Positions 10,068 through 20,330 of a stretch of 64,000 nt of DNA are shown here, piece by piece. This DNA comes from Myxococcales bacterium (GTDB lineage: Bacteria; Myxococcota_A; Polyangia; Polyangiales; DASUME01). Location of the stretch: NCBI GenBank assembly GCA_047601445.1, contig JASGJH010000001.1, positions 1,024,001 to 1,088,000 on the forward strand, in the 5' to 3' direction. The position numbers were made by a program, and so were the translations under genes. Within the stretch, counting starts at the first letter, position 1, and every line of letters starts with the position of its first letter. Under the pieces are notes generated by a model. That model did no database searches and was not told the DNA's origin. It saw nothing but the letters and a program-made list of their open reading frames with translations.

Positions 10068-10144
10068 GGGCGGTTAGCTCAGCTGGATAGAGCATCGGCC
10101 TCCGGAGCCGAGGGTCACAGGTTCGAATCTTGTACCGCCCGCCA
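10068..10144 (+). tRNA. tRNA-Arg (anticodon CCG)
   Basis: Acceptor stem GGGCGGT/ACCGCCC, D arm GCTC/GAGC, anticodon arm TCGGC-CTCCGGA-GCCGA, T loop TTCGAAT, encoded CCA. Confidence 0.97.
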
Positions 10145-10214
10145 GTCTTTTGAAGTTCGAAGCACGCGCTCCGGCGCGTGAGCAACACGAGGAACCCGCA
10201 ACATGTACCTGCAT

Positions 10215-10331
10215 ATGCCCCGCAGCCAGAAGCGTGACCGCAAGGTCTCCAACCGTTACAGCGCCAAGCTCAAGGCGAAGAACCGCCGCCGGGTCAACCG
10301 TATGCAGGGCCGCCGCCTCTCCAAGGCCTGA
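10215..10331 (+). CDS. Small Lys/Arg-rich protein, 38 aa (42 aa from in-frame ATG 10203); not in the ORF track
   Basis: MPRSQKRDRKVSNRYSAKLKAKNRRRVNRMQGRRLSKA; all sense codons end in G/C except three CGT; GAGG at 10189-10192; terminator downstream. Confidence 0.75.
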   Translation: MPRSQKRDRKVSNRYSAKLKAKNRRRVNRMQGRRLSKA

Positions 10332-10339
10332 GCAACGCT

Positions 10340-10361
10340 CCTCGCAAATGCGCGAGGTTTT
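10340..10361 (+). terminator. Probable intrinsic terminator
   Basis: CCTCGC-AAATGC-GCGAGG followed by TTTT. Confidence 0.6.
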
Positions 10362-10440
10362 CGTGGTTTAGCTCCCCTAAGTACGGGCTGACATCCCGCA
10401 ATCCTTGGGCCCTCGAGTCCATGGCGGTAGAGTCAGTGGG

Positions 10441-11283
10441 GTGAGCGAGAAATCCATCTTCGTCGTCAGCGACTCGACCGGTGAGACTGCCGAGCGAGTC
10501 GTGCGCGCTGCCTTGGTGCAGTTTCCGAGTCACCGCGCCCGTGTGCGGCTGTTCACGCGGATTCGCGACCGTGAGGCGGTCACCGACGTGGTGAAGCGGG
10601 CCGCCGAGGCCAAGGCCATGGTGGTGTACACCTTGGTGGGCAGCGAGCTCCGTCAGTACTGCTACGACCTGGCGTTGCAGCATGATGTCGAGGCGGTGGA
10701 CGTCATTGGGGCTTTGATCGGCAAGGTGAGCACCTTCCTGGGTGAGCTGCCACTGGGCGCCCCCACGCTCACGCAACCGCTCTCGGAGGAGTACTTCCGG
10801 CGCGTGGAGGCCATCGAGTTCGCCGTCAAAAGCGACGATGGCAAGGAGCCCCGCAACCTGCGGAAGTGCGACCTGGTGTTGGTCGGCGTGAGTCGCACCA
10901 GCAAGACGCCCCTCTCCACCTACCTGGCCGGGCGCGGACTCAAGGTGGCCAACGTGCCGCTCGTGCTGGGCGTGCCGCCGCCCGAAGAGCTACTCGAGGT
11001 GCACAGGGACCGGGTCGTCGGTCTTACCATCGAGATCGAACAGTTGATGGAGATCCGGATGGCCCGGCTACGCCAGCTAGGGATGCCCACGGACACCAAC
11101 TACGGGGCGCGTGCCCACATCCAGGAAGAGCTGGATTTTGCCCAGAAGATCTACGACGAACGCGGCTGGTTCGAGGTGGACGTGAGCGGGCGCGCCATCG
11201 AGGAGACGGCCACCATCATCCTCGAGCATTACAAGGAGCTCGACGAGGTGCGCGCAGGGGCCAACGCCTTGCTGCGAGCCTGA
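10441..11283 (+). CDS. PEP synthase/PPDK regulatory kinase/pyrophosphorylase (DUF299 family)
   Basis: VSDSTGETA, YFRRVEAIEFA, DDGK, GVSRTSKTPLSTYLA, AIEETA; start uncertain (GTG 10441). Confidence 0.93.
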   Translation: MSEKSIFVVSDSTGETAERVVRAALVQFPSHRARVRLFTRIRDREAVTDVVKRAAEAKAMVVYTLVGSELRQYCYDLALQHDVEAVDVIGALIGKVSTFLGELPLGAPTLTQPLSEEYFRRVEAIEFAVKSDDGKEPRNLRKCDLVLVGVSRTSKTPLSTYLAGRGLKVANVPLVLGVPPPEELLEVHRDRVVGLTIEIEQLMEIRMARLRQLGMPTDTNYGARAHIQEELDFAQKIYDERGWFEVDVSGRAIEETATIILEHYKELDEVRAGANALLRA

Positions 11284-11307
11284 GGCTCGCGGTCCCATCC
11301 GGGAGCG

Positions 11308-11820
11308 TTAGGGGCGGGGTGCGTTCTTGCCGTACTGCTCGTGCATCGCGACGTAGAACTGGGCGAGGATGCCATCTGCCACACGCAAGCGTCGCCCGAG
11401 CTCCCGCGAGATGTTCATCAGCAGTAGGGCGTAGTCCTTGAGGTCGCGCCGGTAGAGCAGTCGTTCGACCTGCTCGGCGCCCATGCTGAGCAGCAGGCTG
11501 GGCGCCAGGGAACGCACGCTGGCCGAGCGAGGATGGACGTTGAGGATGGCCATCTCACCAAACCAGTCGCCCGGGCCGAGCATAGCCACGCGCACGTGGG
11601 TCTCGTCTTCGGCGTGCTTGATGACCTCGAGCTCGCCGTGAATCACGACGAACATCTCGGTGGAGGTCTCGCCCTCCCGGACGATCAGCGCTCCGGGTTC
11701 CACGCGTAGATGCGGCAGCTCTTTGGCGAGCACTTCGAGTCCGGCATCGGACACGCCGCCGAAGAGCCCGATGTCGCGGAGGGTGGCTGGAGTGATGGAA
11801 GGTCGGACAGTGTCTGCCAT
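11308..11820 (-). CDS. Stand-alone cyclic nucleotide-binding domain protein
   Basis: IVREGE, FGEMAIL...PRSASV phosphate-binding cassette; no HTH. Confidence 0.88.
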   Translation of the reverse strand: MADTVRPSITPATLRDIGLFGGVSDAGLEVLAKELPHLRVEPGALIVREGETSTEMFVVIHGELEVIKHAEDETHVRVAMLGPGDWFGEMAILNVHPRSASVRSLAPSLLLSMGAEQVERLLYRRDLKDYALLLMNISRELGRRLRVADGILAQFYVAMHEQYGKNAPRP

Positions 11821-12058
11821 AAGACCTCGCGGTGATCGCTGCGCTGAACAGAGGCGGCGGCACTCACACGAGCACGATGCAGGCGTGGGTGTTGGCGCAA
11901 GCATGACAAAAGCTGCGCGTCAGGAACACAAAGAAGAGGCTCGGGACAACCGTGTGCAACACCCCGCAAGCAGGGGACAACGGCACGGGTTGGGTCTTAC
12001 CAGATTGTGAGAGACGGGCTACTATCCCAACAGGCATGCGCAGGCACGTCAGGTAGGA

Positions 12059-14362
12059 ATGGAGCTCCCTCGCGCATTCGGTCCATACACGCTGTTGAAG
12101 CGCCTCGCAGTCGGAGGCATGGCCGAGATCTACGTGGCCAAAACGGCGGGACTCGGAGGCTTCGAGAAGCTGGTCGCGCTCAAGCTAGTGCACCCCCATC
12201 TCTCGGCGGATCCGCACTTCGTTCGCATGCTCGTCGACGAGGCGAAGATCCTCGTTCTGCTCACCCACGCCAACGTGGCGCAGGTGTTCGACCTCGGCTG
12301 CATCGAGGGCACGTACTTCATCTCGATGGAGTACGTGGAGGGTCTGGATGTCCACGGTCTGCAGAAGGCGGCTGCCAAGGCGGCCGAGGAGCTGCCCATC
12401 CCCGTCTGCTGCTTCCTGGTGGCGGAGATGCTCAACGGCCTGGACTACGCCCACCGCAAGCGCGACGCCTCGGGTCGGCCGCTCAACATCGTCCATCGCG
12501 ACGTCTCGCCCCAGAACGTTCTGATCAGCAACGCCGGTGAGGTGAAGCTGGTCGATTTCGGTATCGCTAAGACCAGCCTGCGCGTCGAGGGCACCGAAGT
12601 CGGCGTGATCAAGGGGAAGTACTACTACATGTCCCCGGAGCAGGCGTGGGCCGACTCCATCGACCGGCGCAGCGACGTGTTCTCCACCGGCATCGTGCTC
12701 TACGAGATGCTGACCGGACGCATGTTGTACAACGCGCGCTCCATCCCCGAGCTCATCGGCAAGGTGCGTACGGCGGAGATCGCGCCTCCCACCAGCCTGC
12801 GGCCGGACATCCCGGAGGCCCTCTCCAAGATCGTGATGAAGGCCCTCGAGCGGGACGCCAACGCTCGCTACCAGAACGCGATCGATTTCTCCGAGGCGCT
12901 GCGCGACTACCTCTACGAGACCGCGCCGGCCTTCAACGCGAGTCGCCTCGCCCAGTACATGACCGGGTTGGTGGAGAAGGCGAGCCGCATCGAAGGAGCC
13001 GGAGCAGGGAAGGCTGATGCGACCGGTAAGCTGCGTGCCCTGACGCGCGAGGAGGTGCGCACCGAGAACAGCGTCATCTTCGCGCTCCAGCAGCCTGGGG
13101 GCGATACTCAGGTGGGCAGCTCCCGAGACGGGAAAGCGAGCGCCAACGGCCGCGCCGCCAACGGGCGGGTCCCGGCACCGCCACCGCGCATCTCAGCCTG
13201 GCCCCTGGAGGACACCGACGGTGGCAGCGAGCCGCTCACGGAGCGCGTGCGGGGCCCCCTGATCGCACGGGCTGCGGCCCACGTGTCGGCGGCGCCTCAG
13301 GTTCCCGCCGCGGTCGTAAGTCGAATCCCGCCGCCACCTGCCGCGTCCAGCATGTCGCCGCCAGCCGTCGGGAAGCTCCCGTCGTTTTCGGTGCCTCCAC
13401 CGCGGCCGGGGATCTCGATCCCGCCGCCACCCGTGCCGGGTGCTGCGGGCCTGTCGCTGCGTCCAGCTGCTCCGGCGGTGCCTTCGTTGCGTCCTCCGGT
13501 GCCCTCGCTGAGCGCTGCGCCGCGGTTGCCGCTGCCGCCTCCGCCGCGCATGGAGGAGGCCGCCGAACCCACGGGGCAGTATCGCCCGCGCCACCTGGTC
13601 GCAATGGCCTCGGTGCAGGCCGCGCCGAGCGTCGATGCTCTGCCTGGGGCGGTGCTTCCGGGGCGTTCGTCGACCGGGCCTTCCACGTTCAATCGCGTCG
13701 GCCCACCGCCTCCGATGCCTGCCCTCATGCCGCCTCCCGGCGACGAAGAGCAGCCCATCACGCCCATCCCGCCGTCGCCGCCCATCCCGGACTTCAGCGC
13801 CGACCACGGCTTTCAGCCCAACCGCTTCGGCCGCCGCACCTTTCAGGTGGTGGTCGGCGTGGCGGTGATGTTGTGCTGTTTGCTGGCTTTCAAGCTGGCC
13901 GGCGGAGCCCCTCGGCCTCCGCAGCTCGAGGTGGTATCGGTGCCCCAGGGCGCGCGCGTGCGGGTCGACGGCGCCGTGCAGACCGGGTTCACGCCGCTAC
14001 GTATCACCGGGCTCGAAGAGGGGCGGCACTACGCGCTGCGCGTGGAGCTACCTGGATACCTCCCCTGGGAAGCCAGCTACCAGGCCACGCCCGGGGCGGT
14101 GCAGCATATCGCGGTCCTGCAGCCGATCACGGGGGAGCTGCACGTCCTGTCCACCCCGCAAGGGGCCACCGTGTACCTGGATGACGCGGTCATCGGAAAG
14201 ACGCCGCTCACGATCTCCTCCTTGGCCGTGGGGCGCCGGGTGCGCCTGCGAGTGGCACACCCGGGTTACGCGGAAGCCAAGCGCGAGGTCTCCGTCACGG
14301 AGGCACAGCTCAAGCTCGTGGAGCGCTTCACGCTGACCCAGCCGCTCCACCCACGTCGCTGA
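12059..14362 (+). CDS. Ser/Thr protein kinase with Pro-rich linker, TM segment and two PEGA-like domains
   Basis: GGMAEIY, VALK, HRDVSPQN, DFG, YMSPE; TM VVVGVAVMLCCLLAF; repeats SVPQGARVRVDG and STPQGATVYLD. Confidence 0.93.
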   Translation: MELPRAFGPYTLLKRLAVGGMAEIYVAKTAGLGGFEKLVALKLVHPHLSADPHFVRMLVDEAKILVLLTHANVAQVFDLGCIEGTYFISMEYVEGLDVHGLQKAAAKAAEELPIPVCCFLVAEMLNGLDYAHRKRDASGRPLNIVHRDVSPQNVLISNAGEVKLVDFGIAKTSLRVEGTEVGVIKGKYYYMSPEQAWADSIDRRSDVFSTGIVLYEMLTGRMLYNARSIPELIGKVRTAEIAPPTSLRPDIPEALSKIVMKALERDANARYQNAIDFSEALRDYLYETAPAFNASRLAQYMTGLVEKASRIEGAGAGKADATGKLRALTREEVRTENSVIFALQQPGGDTQVGSSRDGKASANGRAANGRVPAPPPRISAWPLEDTDGGSEPLTERVRGPLIARAAAHVSAAPQVPAAVVSRIPPPPAASSMSPPAVGKLPSFSVPPPRPGISIPPPPVPGAAGLSLRPAAPAVPSLRPPVPSLSAAPRLPLPPPPRMEEAAEPTGQYRPRHLVAMASVQAAPSVDALPGAVLPGRSSTGPSTFNRVGPPPPMPALMPPPGDEEQPITPIPPSPPIPDFSADHGFQPNRFGRRTFQVVVGVAVMLCCLLAFKLAGGAPRPPQLEVVSVPQGARVRVDGAVQTGFTPLRITGLEEGRHYALRVELPGYLPWEASYQATPGAVQHIAVLQPITGELHVLSTPQGATVYLDDAVIGKTPLTISSLAVGRRVRLRVAHPGYAEAKREVSVTEAQLKLVERFTLTQPLHPRR

Positions 14363-14408
14363 GCGGGGCTCGGATCGCGGGCCGCGAAAAGTCACGACGG
14401 TCGGTCAC

Positions 14409-15269
14409 TCACGGGCGCGGGTCGTGACCGAGCTCGAGGTTGTCGATGAGCCGCGTGGCGCCTAGTCGCGCCGCCACCAGGATCACCTGCTGGTCGCGGC
14501 CTGTCTCGAGCGGCTCGAGGGTGTCGGGGTCGGCGGCCTCGATATAGTCGATGGAGTCGAAGGCCTTGGCTACCTGGTCACGTACCAGGCCGGCCAGCGT
14601 GTGCGGGGAGCGCTCTCCGCTGGCGTAGGCATCGTGGGCGGCACGCAGTCCTACCGCGATCGCCGCCGCGCGGGTGCGCAGCGCCGGCTCCAGGTAGCGG
14701 TTGCGCGAGGACATCGCGAGCCCGTCGGGTTCACGCACGATGGGCGCGCCGACCACGTCCACCGGCAAGTTCAGATCATTGGCCAGGCGCACCAGCAGTT
14801 TCCATTGCTGGTAGTCCTTGCGACCGAACACGGCCACGCAGGGCCCGACGGCCGTGAACAACTTGGTGACCACGGTGGCCACGCCGCGAAAGTGGGTGGG
14901 CCGAAACACGCCGTCGAAACGGGCACTCAGCTCCGGAACCTCGACCTGAGTCTGAAATCCCTTGGGGTACATCGCCTCGGGCGTGGGCGCGTACACGATG
15001 TCGACCCCGCGGGCCTGGCAGCGTTCGAGGTCGGCGTCGAAGGTGCGTGGGTAACGAGCCAAGTCTTCGGTCGGCCCGAACTGCAGCGGGTTCACGAAGA
15101 TGCTCATCACGCGCAGGTTCGCGCCACGACGTGTGCACTCGTCGACGAGGGACATATGACCGTCGTGGAGCGCGCCCATGGTGGGCACGAACCCAACCGT
15201 GGCACCGCGCTTGCGCTCGGTCTCGCAACGCGCGAACAGTGCACGCGGATCACGAATGATGTCGGTCAT
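14409..15269 (-). CDS. panC: Pantoate-beta-alanine ligase
   Basis: VPTMGALHDGH, FVNPLQF, FGRKDYQQ, GLAMSSRN, RLIDN. Confidence 0.97.
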   Translation of the reverse strand: MTDIIRDPRALFARCETERKRGATVGFVPTMGALHDGHMSLVDECTRRGANLRVMSIFVNPLQFGPTEDLARYPRTFDADLERCQARGVDIVYAPTPEAMYPKGFQTQVEVPELSARFDGVFRPTHFRGVATVVTKLFTAVGPCVAVFGRKDYQQWKLLVRLANDLNLPVDVVGAPIVREPDGLAMSSRNRYLEPALRTRAAAIAVGLRAAHDAYASGERSPHTLAGLVRDQVAKAFDSIDYIEAADPDTLEPLETGRDQQVILVAARLGATRLIDNLELGHDPRP

Positions 15270-15285
15270 AGGGGCAGTCGCTCGA

Positions 15286-16200
15286 TCAGTGCGTCGGCCC
15301 GTAGCCGGTGGGAGCGTTCACGGCGCTGGGGCGCGCGGCCTCCGGGTGGCGCTGCACGGTGCCGAAACTGTGCTCTTCGGCGGGGAACGCGCTGCTCTTG
15401 ACCTCTTCGCAGAAGGTCTGTGCAGCGGCTTTGCCCTGAGCATAAAACTCGGCGTAGCGCTTCACGAACTTGGGCCGCAGGTTGGGCGTGAGGCCCAGCA
15501 GATCGTAGCAAACCAAGACCTGGCCATCACAGTTGATGCCGGCGCCGATGCCGATGGTGGGAATCTCGAGTTCCGCCGTGATGCGGGCCGCGAGGTCCGA
15601 AGGAATGCCCTCCAGCACCAGAGCGAAGGCTCCCGCGTCGGCCACGGCGCGCGCATCGTCGAGCACGCGCTGCGCATCCTCGAGCGTCTTGCCCTGCACC
15701 CTGAAGCCACCCATCGCGTGAACGCTCTGGGGCAACAGGCCCACGTGGCCCATCACGGGAATGCCGATGCTCACCAGCTTGCGGATGGTCTCTGCGGCTT
15801 CGACGCCACCTTCGAGCTTCACCGCCTGCGCGCCGCCTTCGCTCAAGAAGCGCCCGGCGCTGCGCATGGCCTGCTCGAGTGACGGCTGCCAGCTCATGAA
15901 CGGCAGGTCGCCGACCACCATGGCGCGCCGCGCTCCGCGGGCGACCGATCGACAGTGATAGACCATCTCGTCGAGCGTGACCGGCAAGGTCGAATCCAGG
16001 CCCTGTACCACCATGCCCAGGGAGTCGCCCACCAGGAGCACGTCAGCCCCGCCCTCGTCCAGCATCTGGGCGAAGGTGGCGTCGTAGGCGGTGATCATGG
16101 CGATGCGTTCACCCCGCGTCTTCATCGCGCGAATGACGGGCACGGTGACGCGGGTCGGCTTGCTGGGGCGAGGCGGCTCGCCGCTCTGCTCGTGGGCCAT
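15286..16200 (-). CDS. panB: 3-methyl-2-oxobutanoate hydroxymethyltransferase
   Basis: MITAYD, LVGDSLG, VKLEGG, GHVGLLPQ, GIGAG, DGQVLV. Confidence 0.97.
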   Translation of the reverse strand: MAHEQSGEPPRPSKPTRVTVPVIRAMKTRGERIAMITAYDATFAQMLDEGGADVLLVGDSLGMVVQGLDSTLPVTLDEMVYHCRSVARGARRAMVVGDLPFMSWQPSLEQAMRSAGRFLSEGGAQAVKLEGGVEAAETIRKLVSIGIPVMGHVGLLPQSVHAMGGFRVQGKTLEDAQRVLDDARAVADAGAFALVLEGIPSDLAARITAELEIPTIGIGAGINCDGQVLVCYDLLGLTPNLRPKFVKRYAEFYAQGKAAAQTFCEEVKSSAFPAEEHSFGTVQRHPEAARPSAVNAPTGYGPTH

Positions 16201-16328
16201 GTTGATCTCGGCTGCTTCCGTCGCGGCCGGGGCAACTCCCGGTCCACGCTTCCACGCACGGGACAATCTAGCGCACTCGAAGGCCCGCGAACAGCGCGCC
16301 GCCCAAGCTTTGCGCTAGCTCGAACGGC

Positions 16329-17540
16329 TCATTCTCGCGGCGTCAGGCCCTCCGCGCGGGTGCGCATGCGCTGGGCCTCGTCGGCGAGTCCGAGGGCGTC
16401 TAAAAGGCGTGCTGCTTCGCGGTGATAGGAGGCGTGATTGGCGTTGTCCGAGCCCTGACACAGCGCACGGTACAGGTCGGCCGCGCGGGTCAGGTTGGCC
16501 GCCTCCTCGTGGAGTTTTGCGAGGGCTGTTACAGCCTGCGGCGGGAAGTCCGTGTGTCCCCGCGCCCCTAGCTGATCCAACACGGCCTCCAGCGCCGCGA
16601 TGCCGCGCTCGCTCTCGCCCGCGTCCGCACAGGCCAGGCCCAGCTCCATCGTCACCGGCCACTCCACCGCCTTGTCCTCGAAGGTTCCGGCGCACATTTC
16701 GAGCACCTCGATGGCGTCGCGCGGGCGCTTGATGAGCCTCAGATAGTTCCCGAGGTCGAGCAGCGGACGGGGATCGTCTTCGAGCGCCGCGGCGGACGCC
16801 TCGAGTTCCGCGATGGCGGCCTCATGATCTCCGGCTTCGTGGGCGATGCGGGCCAGTTCGCGGTGGGCCACGAGGCGGGCGGCGCCGCCTTCTTCGGGAC
16901 CGATGCGGGCCAGGAAGGTGCGCAGGGCCTCGCGCGCGCCCGGATCATCGTTAAGGGCCAGACGTGCTCGGCCGAGCTCGAGCCATAGGTAACTCGGCTC
17001 CTTGGCGGTCTGGAGCAGGCGCTCCAGCAGCGGTAGGGCTTGCGCCGCGCGGTCATCCTCGAGGGCCAGCGCGGCTTGCAACAAGGGCTCACCGTAGGAC
17101 TCGAGTTCCTTGGCTTGCAAGGCCTCCCAGCTGCCCGTGATCAACGTGAGCCGCTCCTCTTCGCTCAGGGCAGCGGCCGGGCGGGCTTGTTCCTGAGCGT
17201 CCAGCTGCTCGAGCAAGCGCTGGGCCGCCGCCACGCGCTCTCGCACCTGGGGCGAGCGGGCGGTGTCGAGGGCATGTCGCAGCTCCTCCTCGGCCAGCTC
17301 GAGGTGACCGCCGTTGGCGAGGTTCTCGGCCTCCTTGATGCGCTTCTCAGCGATGCGGTCGCAGCTCGTGCTGGCTTTGGCGGCGGCCTGCTCGGCCAGT
17401 TCCCCCTGGCCATCCTTGCGGGCACGTTCCTCGGCGCGATCGAAGGCCAGCTTGGCTTCTCCAAAATCTCCGGCGGCGAACAGGGCCTCGGCGTCGGCCA
17501 ACAGTTCGCGTGCCTCCTTTTTGCGGAACATTCCGAACAT
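16329..17540 (-). CDS. TPR-repeat protein
   Basis: Ala/Glu/Leu-rich helical repeats (LWLELGRARLAL, LLDLGNYL); ATG 17540 just after the upstream stop. Confidence 0.7.
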   Translation of the reverse strand: MFGMFRKKEARELLADAEALFAAGDFGEAKLAFDRAEERARKDGQGELAEQAAAKASTSCDRIAEKRIKEAENLANGGHLELAEEELRHALDTARSPQVRERVAAAQRLLEQLDAQEQARPAAALSEEERLTLITGSWEALQAKELESYGEPLLQAALALEDDRAAQALPLLERLLQTAKEPSYLWLELGRARLALNDDPGAREALRTFLARIGPEEGGAARLVAHRELARIAHEAGDHEAAIAELEASAAALEDDPRPLLDLGNYLRLIKRPRDAIEVLEMCAGTFEDKAVEWPVTMELGLACADAGESERGIAALEAVLDQLGARGHTDFPPQAVTALAKLHEEAANLTRAADLYRALCQGSDNANHASYHREAARLLDALGLADEAQRMRTRAEGLTPRE

Positions 17541-17544
17541 AAGG

Positions 17545-18678
17545 TCAGTTGCCCTTTTCTTTCTTCTCTTTCGCCGCCAAGCGTTGCAGCGCCGCGGACT
17601 TGAGCGGCTGCGACACGTTGCGGCTGCGCGAGAGTGTCCTGAGCTCGTCGTCGCGCAAATGACCGATGAAGCGCAACGAGATCCCGACGGGGGTCTTGGG
17701 GTTGAACACCAAGCCGTTCTTGATCTCGTGGTTCTTGGTCCACTCACGCTTGTTTCCGGCGTAGCGAAGGATGTCCTCACCGACCTCCTTGCTGCGCACG
17801 ATGGGGACGACCTCGGTCTCCTGGATCGCAGGCGAAGAGATGGCGGCGTAGGCGACGGCTTTGTCCTTGTCGCGTACCAGGAACGCACGCGCCGAGGCGT
17901 TGCCGACCATGGCAAGGCGCAGCTTCTCGGCACTGCTCATGCCGCGGATCTTCATCATGAGCGGCAGGTAGCGTTCGCTGACCTCGTCGTTTTCCGCCTC
18001 TTCGTCCTCGCCGGCCTGCACGGCCTCGGGGTTGTCGTCGTCCTCCGCGAGAGCCTGGGCGAAATCGAGATCGGAGGGCAGGGGCTCCTCGGTGGCCTCC
18101 GGGATCAGCTGTCCCTTGATGGCCTCCACATGGGCCTGATACGTCGGAATATCGAGCACCACATGGTTGCGCGCCGCCAGCTCGATCAAGCGGTCGGCCG
18201 TCGACATGCGCGTGTTCTTGTTACGATACAGGGCTTCGATGATCTTGGGCGCCGCCAGCAGGCGCTGCTCGTTCACCGCGATGCGCTCGCTCACCTTCTC
18301 GGAGCAACGCAGGGCCAACCACTCCACCGTGCCCACGCTCGTCGCCGTGTTGGCAGCCACGCGCTCGGCCACGCTCTCGCGTTCACGAAAGTGCTCGGCC
18401 ATGCGGTCCAAGAACGACTCGGGCAGGGCTGCTTCGCTGGCCGGCAAGAGCACGTTGTCGGGCAGCCCGTCGAGCGTACCGCGCGCGCTCTTGGCCAGGG
18501 CTTCGTCCGGATCGACCGAGAGCTGAAGCAGCAGCATCACCTGGTCTTCGCCCTTCACGGGCACCATGCCGCGCGCTGCCATCATGCGCGCCGGGCCAGG
18601 CGCCCCCGGGTCGCAGAAGCGCTTGATAGACGGAGGCAGCTGGTCGGCTGGAAGCGGGAGTGGGGCAGGGCGAGCCAT
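17545..18678 (-). CDS. Hypothetical all-helical protein
   Basis: Long ORF with host codon usage; acidic linker, then EKLRLAMVGNASARAFLVRD...NPKTP; no catalytic motif recognised. Confidence 0.75.
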   Translation of the reverse strand: MARPAPLPLPADQLPPSIKRFCDPGAPGPARMMAARGMVPVKGEDQVMLLLQLSVDPDEALAKSARGTLDGLPDNVLLPASEAALPESFLDRMAEHFRERESVAERVAANTATSVGTVEWLALRCSEKVSERIAVNEQRLLAAPKIIEALYRNKNTRMSTADRLIELAARNHVVLDIPTYQAHVEAIKGQLIPEATEEPLPSDLDFAQALAEDDDNPEAVQAGEDEEAENDEVSERYLPLMMKIRGMSSAEKLRLAMVGNASARAFLVRDKDKAVAYAAISSPAIQETEVVPIVRSKEVGEDILRYAGNKREWTKNHEIKNGLVFNPKTPVGISLRFIGHLRDDELRTLSRSRNVSQPLKSAALQRLAAKEKKEKGN

Positions 18679-18717
18679 GGGCGGCGGCTATTGTAGCGAG
18701 CCGTGGGCCGGCCATGG

Positions 18718-18814
18718 CGAACAGAGTGAGCCTACTACCGGAACCGAACAGAGTGAGCCTACCACCGGAACCGAACAGAGTGAGCCTACTACCGGAACCG
18801 AACAGAGTGAGCCT
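18718..18814. repeat. 27-bp tandem repeat, about 3.6 copies
   Basis: Unit CGAACAGAGTGAGCCTACYACCGGAAC at 18718, 18745 and 18772, plus a 16-nt partial copy at 18799; intergenic. Confidence 0.95.
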
Positions 18815-18855
18815 GCGCGCGGAACCCGCGTGAACCGCGGGCCCGCAGCCGCGGC

Positions 18856-20169
<1,314 letters not shown>

Positions 20170-20330
20170 TGGCGAAGTCCTTTGATGGCCGCGGCGTAGC
20201 AAACCGTTGCCAGCAGGGCAAAACAACGATTCGCGCTTTAATTAGTCTGTGCTCAAGAGCCACACTAAGCGAGCGCAATGCGCACACCGGTGATGCTCAA
20301 ACAACACAGATCTGGGCCAAAAAGGGGGAC

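Noticed and set aside
10068..10144. tRNA as an integration site for a prophage or island
   Set aside because: No integrase and no duplicated tRNA 3' end were noticed; the flanking genes are housekeeping-type.
10150..10371. 73-aa ORF from the track
   Set aside because: TTG start and weaker codon bias; it overlaps the better-supported 10215-10331 ORF and runs through the terminator.
16329..17933. 534-aa ORF suggesting a frameshift fusion with the 17545-18678 gene
   Set aside because: The upstream part is off-frame overlap; two genes (stop at 17545, ATG at 17540) explain it.
18718..18814. Possible CRISPR array
   Set aside because: The 27-bp period has near-identical intervening sequence, so there are no unique spacers; no cas genes are in the window.
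20198..20213. Sigma54-like TGGCAACGGTTTGCT upstream of ino1 (minus strand)
   Set aside because: GG-to-GC spacing is 9 nt rather than the required 10.
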